Of a stretch of DNA of 64,000 nucleotides, positions 23,733 through 35,131 are shown in pieces (position 1 is the stretch's first letter; the number at the start of each line of letters is the position of its first letter). The notes beneath the pieces are model-generated. The model ran no database searches. It worked only from the letters and a program-made list of their open reading frames with translations, and was not told where the DNA came from. The stretch spans positions 170,562,001 through 170,626,000 of the forward strand of contig NC_042998.1 of assembly GCF_006345805.1 (NCBI RefSeq). Reading direction: 5' to 3'. Both the position numbers and the translations under genes were made by a program. The stretch is from Octopus sinensis. Its lineage: Eukaryota.

Positions 23733-25514
23733 CTATTGTACCAGCTCCCCCATGCAATTTCCCCCCACCCGGTGCAACCTGTCGGCTCCAGCGCATCCCG
23801 TTTTCCTATATATACACATTTTGTCTCCCATATATGTTTTTTCTTCTCCTACACCTACATTCTTCCTATCTAGATTTTTTGTTTCCCTATATCTATACCT
23901 TTTCTCATTTCTAACTCTGATGTTGAGCGCACACCACCAAACCCCGCTTCCCACCCTTCCAATTTTCAGTTCCCCCCGCCCGCCCCTACGTGGTCACCTT
24001 TAGCACACACCTTTAACTTTACACTTCCAACCACCTTTTATTTTTACCTTCATCTCATGTTAAGCTTTACGCGATTATATTTTTATTTTATTTTATCCTA
24101 TTTTATTTTGCTTTACCTTTATTCTTATTTTTATTTTCATTCTTTATTTTAATTTTTATAGTTTTTATAATTTTATTTTCATTCTTTATTTTAATTTTTA
24201 TAGTTTTTATAATTTTTATACTTCATTTCTAATTTTTATACATCTTTTAATATCTTATTTCTATACCTGTATGTGTGGGCATCTGTGTATGTGTATGTAA
24301 GGGTATGCGCACACGCGCGTATAGACACACAGATGTGTGTGTGTGTGTGCGTGTGGATACGTGCGCGTGGGTCCGTGTGTATGTATGTATGCACACGTGG
24401 GTGTGCATGTATGCACACATATATGTGCGTGTGTGGGTATGGGTGTGAGTGTATATATATACGTGTGTGTATGTATATGTGTATGTATGTATATGTATAC
24501 ATGTGCATATATATGTGTATGTGTATATATATATATGTATATACGTATGCGTGTGTATATGTATATGTACATGTATATTGTCCGTGTATATATATGCATA
24601 TTCTGTTGTGTGTATATATATATGCGCATGTGTGTGTATGTATATGTGTATCTGTATATGTTTACATGTGAGTACGTATGTACGCTTATATGCTTGTGGC
24701 TGGGTATGCGTGCATATATGTGCGCGTGTATATGGGTGTATGTATCCATACGGGTACGTATGTACAAGATGACCACTTAATACATTACGAAGAACTAGAG
24801 GAACTAGATAAGCTGCTCAACAACTCTGATTTACAATACACTAAGTCCCCAGACGCCCCTGTTGATTTATGACACCCAAGACTTCTACAACCAGAATTTG
24901 TCATTTCCCTGACCACCATGTTTGGTCCGTAACTACTATATATCCCTTATCCTTATATTCTTTTACATTTTTTATTATTTTTATTTCTATTTTTATTTTT
25001 ATAACTTTATACCTTTATATTCATTTATATTTTTTTTATATCTCTTTATATCTTTATACTCTACATTTTTATATTTTTCTATACTTACACTTTTTATATA
25101 TTTTTTATCCTTCGTCCTGAATTCTCGCCCCTCCATCTTTATCTCTATTTACTCTTATTACCAGGTTCCTTCACGTCTGTCTGCATTTATATATTTATAT
25201 ATGTATATATTTATTTATTAGTTTATTTACATTACTTCAACATCCAAATTTCCTCATTCTACATTGAGAGAAGAACGAGATGGACGCTTCATTTTTATGC
25301 TGTTGCCGCATTATGTCGTACGCGAATGAGAGGATTTGCATCCCCAACCAAGAATTTTTGATGTAATACATGTCCTTGTGGAAGTTGTTGTGCGCGGCTG
25401 AAGAAGGCCACAGACATACATTATGCATTGTTATAAATCCGTCTAATAAAGGCCCGAAACATATGTACCGCTGAATCCTTGGCATCATGTTTTTATTTTG
25501 ATTAATTTACTCCA
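23565..25514 (+). mobile_element. Penelope-like element 3' end, sense copy (62-bp unique spacer plus right arm)
   Basis: ORF end, then a long microsatellite-containing UTR/pseudo-LTR ending just after a hammerhead motif. Confidence 0.85.
25394..25471 (+). ncRNA. Penelope-type minimal hammerhead motif (right arm)
   Basis: GCGG CUGAAGA (25398-25404)...GAAA (25456-25459) CAUAU GUA CCGC. Confidence 0.65.
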
Positions 25515-25629
25515 TATATACAGATAGATAGATAGATAGATAGACAGACAGATTGATAGATGAGGTTAGCTGAGTTAGAGGTTAAAATAACTGTCTAAGG
25601 GATAGAAGTATCCATTACACTACCGGTAT

Positions 25630-26114
25630 ATTACCTATGTTTAACCATGGGTATACATATGCAAGCATATTATGCTCATAAATTATGGGTAAAGACAAGG
25701 ATAGACATGAGTTTTTCAAGAATCAAAATTTAAAGAAAACAGAAAATAGAGAAATATTGATGAACAACATTTGACTTATATCAATTATTATTTATCAGTT
25801 CAATACAAATAGATTGCATCCCATCTAACAGCTGTTTCTGCTTCCAATGTTGTATGGTATTGCCATTAATATGCTAAAAATATTTATTATATTTGTTAAT
25901 AAAACTGATCTGAAACATGGAGCTTCATCAGAGTGAAGAATAAATAAAGAAGAAGAGCATAGAGAAGAAAAAGGGAAAAATTGGATCTGGTTGTAATCAT
26001 ATCATTTTGCTAATGGCTGTTAGATGGGATGCAGTCTATTTGTATTGAATTAATAAATAATAGTTGATGTAAGTCAGTTGTTGTTCAATATTTCTTCATT
26101 TTCTGTTTTCTTTA
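25630..26114. mobile_element. Fold-back element (arms 25731-25832 / 26016-26114) with an internal hammerhead-like motif; second copy at 44561-45175
   Basis: The arms are reverse complements. Minus strand 25935-25822 reads CUGAUGA A GCUCCA...UGGAAGC A GAAA CAGCUG UU. The same sequence recurs at 44561-45175. Confidence 0.7.
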
Positions 26115-26595
26115 TATATATATAGCAAAGCTGTGCAGATAATACCAGACTGACTCGGTGCTTCAACTTAAATACCTAATTCAACTGAATCTTAATTATA
26201 TATATATATATATACATACATGTGATGATATTTACATACATGTGTGTGGATAATAGATCTTGGAGCAGTCCTTTAGGTGGCCAAATCCCATCACACTGCC
26301 CAACTCATGCCAGCATGGAAAACAAATGTTAAGTGATGATGTAATAAGCAAAAACAAGAAAAACAATATTGGCCTCAATAATGTGTCATCAGTTGCAACT
26401 GTTGTAAGCAATCATATTATGGATAAGCTGTTCTGTTTACCAGCTTGTATCAGCATGATGCAATGGAGGTTAAACTAACCAAGATGACAACAGAAAATAA
26501 AGTAAAACTATTCAATCACATGAGCTTTGATTAGACTTATAAATTGTTATTTATAAATATTATTCATACATCTCTTTTTACTTTGTAGTTTATAA

Positions 26596-26656
<61 letters not shown>

Positions 26657-26765
26657 GAGTGTATTTTTACCTTGTTAACAATTAACACGGAAAAATAAAT
26701 AAATAGTTACCAGGGCAGCAAAAATCTCACAAGTAAAGATGTATTGACGAGTTTCGTTTTTTTCA

Positions 26766-26849
26766 CTTTCCCGAAGAGAAGATTGCATTGTTTATACCAT
26801 TTATTCTTTTGAATAGTATCAGTGGAATTTTCGAAACATGTGTAGAAAG
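26766..26849 (+). ncRNA. Type-I hammerhead-like motif (U4C variant)
   Basis: CUUUC CCGAAGA GAAGA...UUUUC GAAA CAUGUG UA GAAAG: 5-bp stem I, 5-bp stem II, near-palindromic stem III, GUA triplet. Confidence 0.6.
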
Positions 26850-26984
26850 TAAAAATACTTGTTTAAACCTGCGTTAACTCCATTTTTTATTCATATATAT
26901 ATATATGTATGTATGTATATATATATATATACCCAGGTCTATTCCCCAATCTTTTTAGGAGCAGGTAGTCACAACAAGACACAC

Positions 26985-27900
26985 ACCAGGCATTCCATTC
27001 ATTTCCCAGCTCAATGAGGCAAGCCCCATCCTATGCTCAGGGCAAGTCATAGGACGCAACCACTAATATCAGCAGCAGGGCCCAACAACATATGATGGTT
27101 TACCCCTTTGAGCAACATCAAATTCACTTATCCGTCCACAAACACTCTCCAAGCTTTCCTATCATTTATAAGCTCTCTTGCTTCTCTCACTCCAACACCT
27201 CTAACCACCAAAGCTTTACTCACTCCATCTATTCACACAAACCAAGGTCTGCTTCTGGTTCTGCTGCTTACTACTTCTGCCTTCATCATCGTCCTTACCA
27301 TCCACTCCTCATCCATCCTTTCCATGTGGCCAAACCACCTCAACATTCATGTATCCATTTTGGTTGTTAGTTTTTCTTTCATTCCTGCTTGCCTTTGCGC
27401 CTTCTCATTCCTCATCCTGTCCATCCATGTCACACCAACCATAGCCCTCAAACATCTCATTTTAAACACATCTAGTCACCTCCTTTCCACCTGTCTCAAC
27501 CCCAACGTCTCTGCACCATATAACAGTGTTGTCACAATCATACACACCTCTTTTCACTTTCATACTTAACCTTTTATCTCTCAGCATACCTTTCACAACT
27601 CCGACTATCTTACTCCCCTCTCTCACTCTATATCCTTCTTCATCAGCCAACCCCCATCCACCATCACATGGGCTCCCAGATACTTAAAAACAATCACCTC
27701 CTCTAACATATACAGCCATGGAGACATCACACAACACTGTCTTAACCACACCTTCACATCAAACCACTCACTCACTTCACCACCCACCATAACACACACT
27801 CTACTTTCTCTATAAAAACTATGTACCACTCTCAACAATCTACCATCTACTCCATACAACTGCAACGCCTGCCATATTGCATCCCACATGGTCATATGCC
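26985..27900 (-). mobile_element. RTE-clade LINE fragment (RT, internally deleted)
   Basis: Track ORFs 27623-27895 (WQALQLYGVDGRLLRVVHSFY...VKVWLRQCCVMSPWL...FKYLG) and 27462-27650 match RTE reverse transcriptase segments. Confidence 0.8.
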
Positions 27901-28033
27901 TTCTCTAGGTCCATAAAGGCCCAATACAAAATTTATACAACTTCATTCTGAAAAAAATTTCAAATATATTATTATATTTTTGTCATTTCAGTCACTGAAT
28001 ACAAATAAATATCAATAATACTGAAAGAAAGTA

Positions 28034-28943
28034 ATGGAAAATCTGAAGACACCTCCAGGGGACCTATGTTATGAAATAGAAAGATTGTTGACATTCTCTG
28101 AAAATATTCATCCAACATTAACAGCTATAGAGCTTGCTGCAAATGGTTATTATTATGATAGCACAGAAGGAAAAATAATGTGCTTTTTCTGTGAATCTGT
28201 ACTGGAATTTTCAGATTCCACATTTAAACATAAATATTCATGTAGACATAAAGATGACAATTGTCCAGTTTATTTACATGATGATACAAAAAGTGAAAAT
28301 GTTATTAGTTCAAATAAAAATGAAATACTCAACATGCAAAAAAGACTGGACACCTTTGAAAACTGGAACCCAAGTGTCCCAGTAGCACCCACTGATCTTG
28401 CAAAGAATGGATTTTATTACCTAGGTTATAGAAATATTGTTAAATGTGCATACTGCTCTGTCCATCTCTACAAATGGAAAGAAAATTATGATGTCTATGA
28501 AGAACACACACGTTTAAATCCAGAATGTCCAATTTTAAGATATCTTAGAAAAATGGATTTAGAATATGAGCAGAATCTCCAAAAAAGTTTTGTCAAATGG
28601 CCAACACATCACCCATTAAAAGCTAAAGATTTGGTAGCTAATGGATTCTACTACAAGGGACCTGCAGATAATGTCTGTTGTATTTTTTGCAAATGTGAAA
28701 TCAACAATTGGAAAGCCAGTGATAATATTAAAGAAAAACATAGGTCAATTTCTCCAAACTGCCCTTTCTTGTGTGAGAAATTGATAGGTAATGTACCAAC
28801 ATCAAATCAGAGTAATAAATTTGACTCTCCAGTACATCCACATTTTACCTCATTAAGTGAACGCCTTAAAACATTTTCTTCATGGCCAAAGAATAAAAGT
28901 CAAAAACCTGAGTCTTTAGCAGATGCTGGGTTCTTTCATAATG
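28034..28943 (+). CDS. IAP (BIRC-like) coding exon 1: BIR1 (atypical), BIR2, BIR3 and first half of BIR4
   Basis: CAYC-x16-H-x6-C and CIFC-x16-H-x6-C with R..TF..W and LA..GFYY motifs. Phase-1 donor G|gtaaat at 28943/28944; upstream acceptor tttcag at 27991. Confidence 0.95.
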
Positions 28944-29798
28944 GTAAATACATACAATATATATATATATATCTTTGGTTAATCTCTTTCATTGTATTAT
29001 TTCCAATTTCCATACCTGCACATATAGCATGGTTTTGAAAATTGGTTCTTTACATATTGTTAGAGACAGCTGGGTAAACTAAGGTAAGCAAAGAAAATAT
29101 ACCCTAACTCTATTTTTCAAGGGCCCAATATAATGACTAAGAAAGTTTGAGATTATAATCAGATTAATAACTTTTGAATTACACCTAGCTTGCCTCTGAA
29201 AATTTTAAATTACCTCTTATTTTGTAGATTAAATTATTTAAAGAATTATTTAAAACATTAATAGTAAAGATTAGTAAGTAAGATAATACTGAGTAATCAT
29301 TTTTTGAGTTTATTCATAATGTGTTTTTGATCATTAAAAATTCTATCTTCTGGTGCCATATCTATATATCAAACAGGAAAGAAAGACATTTGCTTTGAAG
29401 AGAATTTAAAAGAAAGAAAATGTCAATGATATAGACAGATGTATAATTTCCATTAAAAAAAACAAGGGAAACACTATGTTAGCAGCCTGTGTAACACTTG
29501 CTTGTCTGCAACTTTCCTTTCAGTTTTATTCTCTTAAGAAAATAATTAAGAAGTTCAAACTCGTTAAATAGTCCTTTATGCAAAATTGCAATAATTGTTC
29601 TGTTGTTACAAATGTTATGTACATACTAACTTCATTTGATTTATGATTAATGGCAGATTCAGCAGAAAATTGGACTGTAGTTAGGTCTCTTTACCTTCTG
29701 AATTCTTACACAGTCATATTGAATTTCTTAATTTCTAATTAAATCTTTCAGTTTTGTTTGTTTTAGTTATTTAACCTTCATTTTCTATTGGTTTACAG

Positions 29799-29980
29799 GT
29801 AAGTCTGATACAGTAATTTGTTTTAGCTGTGGTAGAACTTTATGTGATTGGGATGAGGATGAAGAACCATGGCACAAACATGCTCAATACTCTCCAAAAT
29901 GTACTTTTGTACAGCAGATGAAAGGTTCTAAGTACATCACAGAAGCAAGTGGGAAAAGCAAAGAATTTTCAAATAACCAG
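29799..29980 (+). CDS. IAP coding exon 2: second half of BIR4
   Basis: tttacag|GT gives (G)KSDTVICFSCGRTLCDWDEDEEPWHKHAQYSPKCTFVQQMKG..., i.e. CFSC-x16-H-x6-C. Ends CAG|gcaagt (GC donor, phase 0). Confidence 0.9.
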
Positions 29981-31023
29981 GCAAGTTAATAGAAAAAATA
30001 TCAAAAACAATCAACAACAAAAAATTAATATCTGACAATTCATTTTTCTGATAAATAAACTTTATTAATAGCTAGATTATTCCTACTGCTTGAAGTGTAT
30101 TGCAACACTTGTTAATTCATACTTATTAATTTCAAGAGTTTTGCTTTCTAAATTGAAACTTAAGAGACTACCAACCTGCCGGAAATTTACTGAGCACCTT
30201 TCTGGAACATCTTGTTAATATGACTATAAGAAAAATCAAATGTAAAATGAACAAAGCTTGATCTCCTGTTGTCATTAAAGGTCTTATTCTTTTGTGCAAA
30301 CATAGCACCAGACAAGATTCAAACCAGGAACCTTAATTTCTGAACTCAGGTAATAATATTGTTGTCCAGTAGGATACAGATGCAACTGACCTATAATCAC
30401 ATGCAAAAATTAAGTGTCTCATAAACTCCTTGTTCCACACATTTGAATGCTCATTTATTCTTCATAGAATGTGAATCTTATGAATTGATAATCTCAGTTG
30501 TTTAAAGTTTATTCAGCAACTGTTGTGTTTGATCTTCAAGCATGGACAGATACTATCAGCTATACTTAAGATATGCTACTTACCTAATTTGATAATGCTT
30601 GTCAGTATCATCCAAACAACTTCATTTGTTCTGCCATTAATCCTAATTCATATCTGGACTGGTGGAAATGGATGACTAAAAAAATGGTTGCAGATCTTTC
30701 TTTCATCACTTGTTCAATTATCATTGTCACCACTGACAATGATAATTAAGTGAAAAATATTTAAAAATTGTGAGTCTTGACCACCAACAAATGGCAGTTG
30801 TTGGTACATCAGTTTATCTGCAGCAGTTGCAGAATCTAAAAATGAAATTTTAATGCAAATACAGCACACTATTAATAACTGATTTGCAATTAGCTTGACT
30901 TTTCCATCTTTTTCTTGTGATCTCTACAAATATAAGTGATAGATGGAAGTGTGTCAACATGTACTAAATATAGCATACCTTACAATCATATTTGATTAAC
31001 TTATAACATTTTCATTTTAAAAG

Positions 31024-31126
31024 GAATTAGAGAATAGTAGTCCAATTGAAAATTACTTGTCTGAACCAACTGAAGGATCAAGTTCTGTGGAAGATGTTAC
31101 AGCTTTCCCAAACACTCCAGCTTCAG
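31024..31126 (+). CDS. IAP coding exon 3: Ser/acidic linker
   Basis: ttttcattttaaaag|ELENSSPIENYLSEPTEGSSSVEDVTAFPNTPAS G|gtagga. Phase 0 in and phase 1 out match the flanking exons. Confidence 0.75.
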
Positions 31127-32179
31127 GTAGGAAAAAATACATGTCTATATTCGTAAATTCTGTAAATGTTTTATTTGTGTTATTTACAGCATAAATATTC
31201 TGTTCACTAATATTTTCATAGTATTGTAATTTTTCTCTATACCAAACTGAGAAGTCTGATGAAATTTATAGAAACAGATAAATCTTGAATTCCACTGATA
31301 ATTCACAAAGTATTGTAGTCATATGTGCCACAGTCAGCTGAGTTTAATTCTGGGGAAATGAAGGACAGATTAAAGAAAATTTAGGAAGCCATCATGGTCT
31401 GATAAGAATCTCTCTTGCAGCAACCATGACCTTTGCAGATACTTAGCTTGAGGCAGATCCTTGTAGAGAGAAAAATAGAGAATATTTTGATAAAGATACA
31501 AGCTAACTCTGAAGTACACTGTTTAAGGATGGTGAAGAGGTTCAGCTTATTATTTTGTTTAAGTGGATGAATCAGTTATATACTTCTATGAAAAATGAAG
31601 TAATAAAGTTATTTTGAGTTCTAGATGCCTTAGATGAATTTATTTCTGGATAGGATACTGATCTGTCACAGGTACCATACTGTTTATTCCACATTTCTCA
31701 CTAAACTTCAATATACTGCTCAGAGAGAAAAAAAAAGAAAAATCTATTGTGAATGTACTCAGTTACTTGGTTAATTTTGTTCATAAAGAAAAGGTCATGT
31801 AACAGAGGATGAGGTAATGTTACTCAAATAGTAGAGACAATAAGGTAATGTACTACCTACAGAGGAATCACAACTACAACAGGTGTTTAGCTGTGCTTCT
31901 AAGAGAAACAGTTGGGTATTTATGAGATTGTCTAGGAATGTGGTCAAATATTGACTGCTAATCACCTACTCCCAAAAATCTTCAGCAAGCATATTAAATT
32001 ATAAGCATCACCCAGATAAGATTGTGGATTAGATTTATATTACTTTTAGCTAATATTTTGCTTCTTTAACCAAATAAGGTAATTAGTAAGATCTCTAATA
32101 ATAGGTTTCATGTGAACACACATACACACACACAGAAGAAACATTTGAAAGATGCTTTTTATGTTCCAGTTATACAACA

Positions 32180-33150
32180 CTGGTATCGGCCACAACTACA
32201 GTCTCACTTGGCTTAATGTGTTTTCTCAAACAGAGCATATTGCCAAAGGTCTCAGTCACTTGTCATTGTATCTGTGAGGCCCAACATTCAAAGATCATGC
32301 TCCACCTTGTCCCATATCTTCTTCTTCCACATGTTCACTCAACTGTTAGAGTGTGGCACTTCTTCAGACAGCTTTCCTGGTCCATACGCATCACATGTTC
32401 ATACCAGTGCAGCCATCACTCTTGCACACCACCTCTGATGCCTCTTATGCCCACTTTTCTCTCAAGATCCTTACACTCTGCTGTGCATGCACACTGACAT
32501 TGCACATCCAGTGGAGCATGCTAGCTTCACTTATGAGTCTATGCATGTCCTCAGCTGATAGAGCCCATGTAGCATGGTTGTTTGCACACAGAGATCATAT
32601 AGTCTACCTTTCACTCTGGGGAAGAGGCCTTTGTTACCAAGAGAGGTAGGAGCTCTCTGAACTTTGCCTAGACTATTCTTAGTCTAGCATCTACACTCTC
32701 AGAGCATCCACTTCCACTGCTGTCTTGGTCACCTAGATAACAGAAGCTATCAACTACTTCTAGCTTTCTCCACTGGCATTTGATGGAGTCTATTTTCTGT
32801 ACATTTTTAGTGTTTATTGTACCTGTGCACCTTCTACACAAAAACCATTTTCTCTGTTAACCTTCCTCTGATATTGCTGCACCTCTTATGTATCCATAGC
32901 TTACACTAGATACATCTTGTGAAGTTTCTACATTCACCTTTTATATAGATCGAACAAGGCCATCTATCTGAAGGGATTTGTGATTTGTCCACTTTCCAAT
33001 TTACTAAGGCTTTTTGGTTTTTGCTTCTTATTATGAAATTTCTTCTCTAGTTCTGAAAGTTTCTAACAAGTTCATCAACATAGAGGAGCTCCCAAGTGCA
33101 GCCCATCTGAAATTCTTCCGTTATTGCCTGGAGGACTATGATGAACAAGA
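32180..33150 (-). mobile_element. Decayed RTE LINE fragment
   Basis: Homologous to 47300-48720 and 58150-59200 (YADD-like and VDSFCYLG-like regions, frameshifted). Confidence 0.8.
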
Positions 33151-33386
33151 GTGTGTGTGTGTATTCATATACATATGTGTGTGTATATAAACATATGATG
33201 GCTTAACTGGCCAAACTTTGAAGTCACTGTCAATAATATTCTTTTTGAAGAATAATAAATTTGTACTCTACAAAAGTAGAGAATAATCCTTCAGATTAAT
33301 GTAAAATCGTTTTTATTGTAACTGAGCATCAAAACAAACAAACATTAATATACATATATACATACACACACACACACAACACACAC

Positions 33387-33664
33387 ATAATGAATGAGGG
33401 AAACGGAAAATAGAGTTTGCAAGAATCTTTATTCAACATGATAGTTTCAATCTGTCCATTGAGGGTAGGATACTACACAGCTTATTGTGTCGCATCTACC
33501 AGTGTAGAATGTACCTAATGAGATGCACTCTGCACTGGTGGATGCAACACAACAAGCTGTACTATATCCCACCCACAAGGGACAGATGCAGGATGGCTCG
33601 AAATGATCACTGTGTTAAATAAAGATTCTTGCAAACTCCATTTTCTGTTACCCTAATTTATTAT
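33387..33664. repeat. ~280-bp fold-back element
   Basis: ggaaaatagagtttgcaagaatctttatt...cagcttattgtgtcgcatctaccagtg pairs with cactggtggatgcaacacaacaagctg...aataaagattcttgcaaactccattttc. Confidence 0.8.
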
Positions 33665-34230
33665 AAACTCAACAAACACTGCAGAATTCCTGGGGTAGAG
33701 TCAGTGACACTTATATCAAAACTGTGGATGACATCAGGTAGCCTAAACAGTGAAAGTGCTTTAATCGGCATACTACCAACCATATACCTAAGGTTCAAAT
33801 AATTACTTTGAGAGATAGATAGACAGACAGACATGCAGGCAGACAGATATGTATGTATGTATGTACATACATATCCATATATATTGTTTTATTTCAGTTT
33901 TATTTAATATCTTTTTTCTATGTTGCATGGGTCAAACAGAATTTGTTGAAGCAGATTTTCCACTGTTTGGTGTGCTTCCTTGTTAATCTTCACCTGTTCC
34001 CAAGCAAGGTAATATTTCTCCATGACCACCCATGTTTTCCCAGAATGTTGTAAACAAACAACACTTCTTGCATGAAAGTGATATCCATTTACAACACTTG
34101 CACAATGTCGAGACAAGGAGACACAAACACATGTGTAGACACACACATTGAACTTTTATATATATATGTATAATCTATATCTATAAAATATATATATATA
34201 CATACACATATATATATATCAATTTATATA

Positions 34231-34269
<39 letters not shown>

Positions 34270-34276
<7 letters not shown>

Positions 34277-34506
34277 TATATCACCATGATCACCGTGACC
34301 GACCAGGCTATCAGATGTTGCTACACATCGCTGGTCACAATGCGCTTCGCATTGTTTTAGCCTTCAAATGACGCCACCCCACTGGCTAAGCGAGCAGACC
34401 ATCAGAAGAAAGAACGGGAGAAAGTTGTGGCGAAAGAGTACAGCAGAGATTGCCATCACCCCCTGCCGGAGCCTCGTGGAGCTTTAAGTGTTTACGCTCA
34501 ATAAAC
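34270..34506 (-). mobile_element. SINE-like repeat, partial (family also at 44250-44557)
   Basis: gagtacagca...ccctgccggagcctcgtggagcttta.gtgttt.cgctcaataaacactcacaa is the reverse complement of 44256-44335. Confidence 0.65.
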
Positions 34507-34837
34507 ACTCACAATGGGAATTGAAACCGCAATTCTACAACTGCGAGTCTGCTGCCCTAACCACTGGGCCACTGCACCTCCACATATTCATATACACACA
34601 CACACACACACAATATACTTCCTTCAGTTTCTGTCTACCAAATCTACTCACAAGGCTTTGGTTAGCCTGAGGCTATTGTAGTAGATGCATGTGAACACAC
34701 ACATGCATGCACACACACCTGCAGCCTGGAACTAAGAGAAAAAGAACTTGAACTTAGAATTTTTTTGTAAACATTTGAATTCTTAAATTCAGAACGATTT
34801 TCACATAAAGTTTTAATCATTTCCTTTTAAATTTTAG

Positions 34838-34972
34838 GTATTCTGCCCAAATTTGCAGATTTGAAATTGAATTCATCATTTATGGATACACCTTCAGTTC
34901 TAGCTGTTTTATCGATCGGTTATAAACGAAATTTAGTGAAAAGAATAGTGAAAAATAAAATCAAGGAAACAG
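34838..34972 (+). CDS. IAP coding exon 4: N-terminal part of a UBA-like domain
   Basis: attttag|GT gives ILPKFADLKLNSSFMDTPSVLAVLSIGYKRNLVKRIVKNKIKET G|gtaaat. MDTPSV.AVL..GY...V.R resembles IAP UBA domains; phase 1 to 1. Confidence 0.8.
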
Positions 34973-35131
34973 GTAAATATATTTTTATTTTTATTTAGAG
35001 ACAAACCTCCAAGTTTTTACTTATAGCTAATAAATCATAAAAATTACAAGTTCATAAGAGCTTTTTGATATTCCTTTAGAATGTTTCACTTTATATGAAA
35101 AAACAGTTTTCATATCATAAAATTCTACATT

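Noticed and set aside
25394-26849. Heterodimeric double hammerhead between the two sense-strand motifs (stem III ACAUAUGU and ACAUGUGU are complementary)
   Set aside because: A dimer also needs cross-pairing of stem I (GCGG with GAAAG, CUUUC with CCGC), which is impossible.
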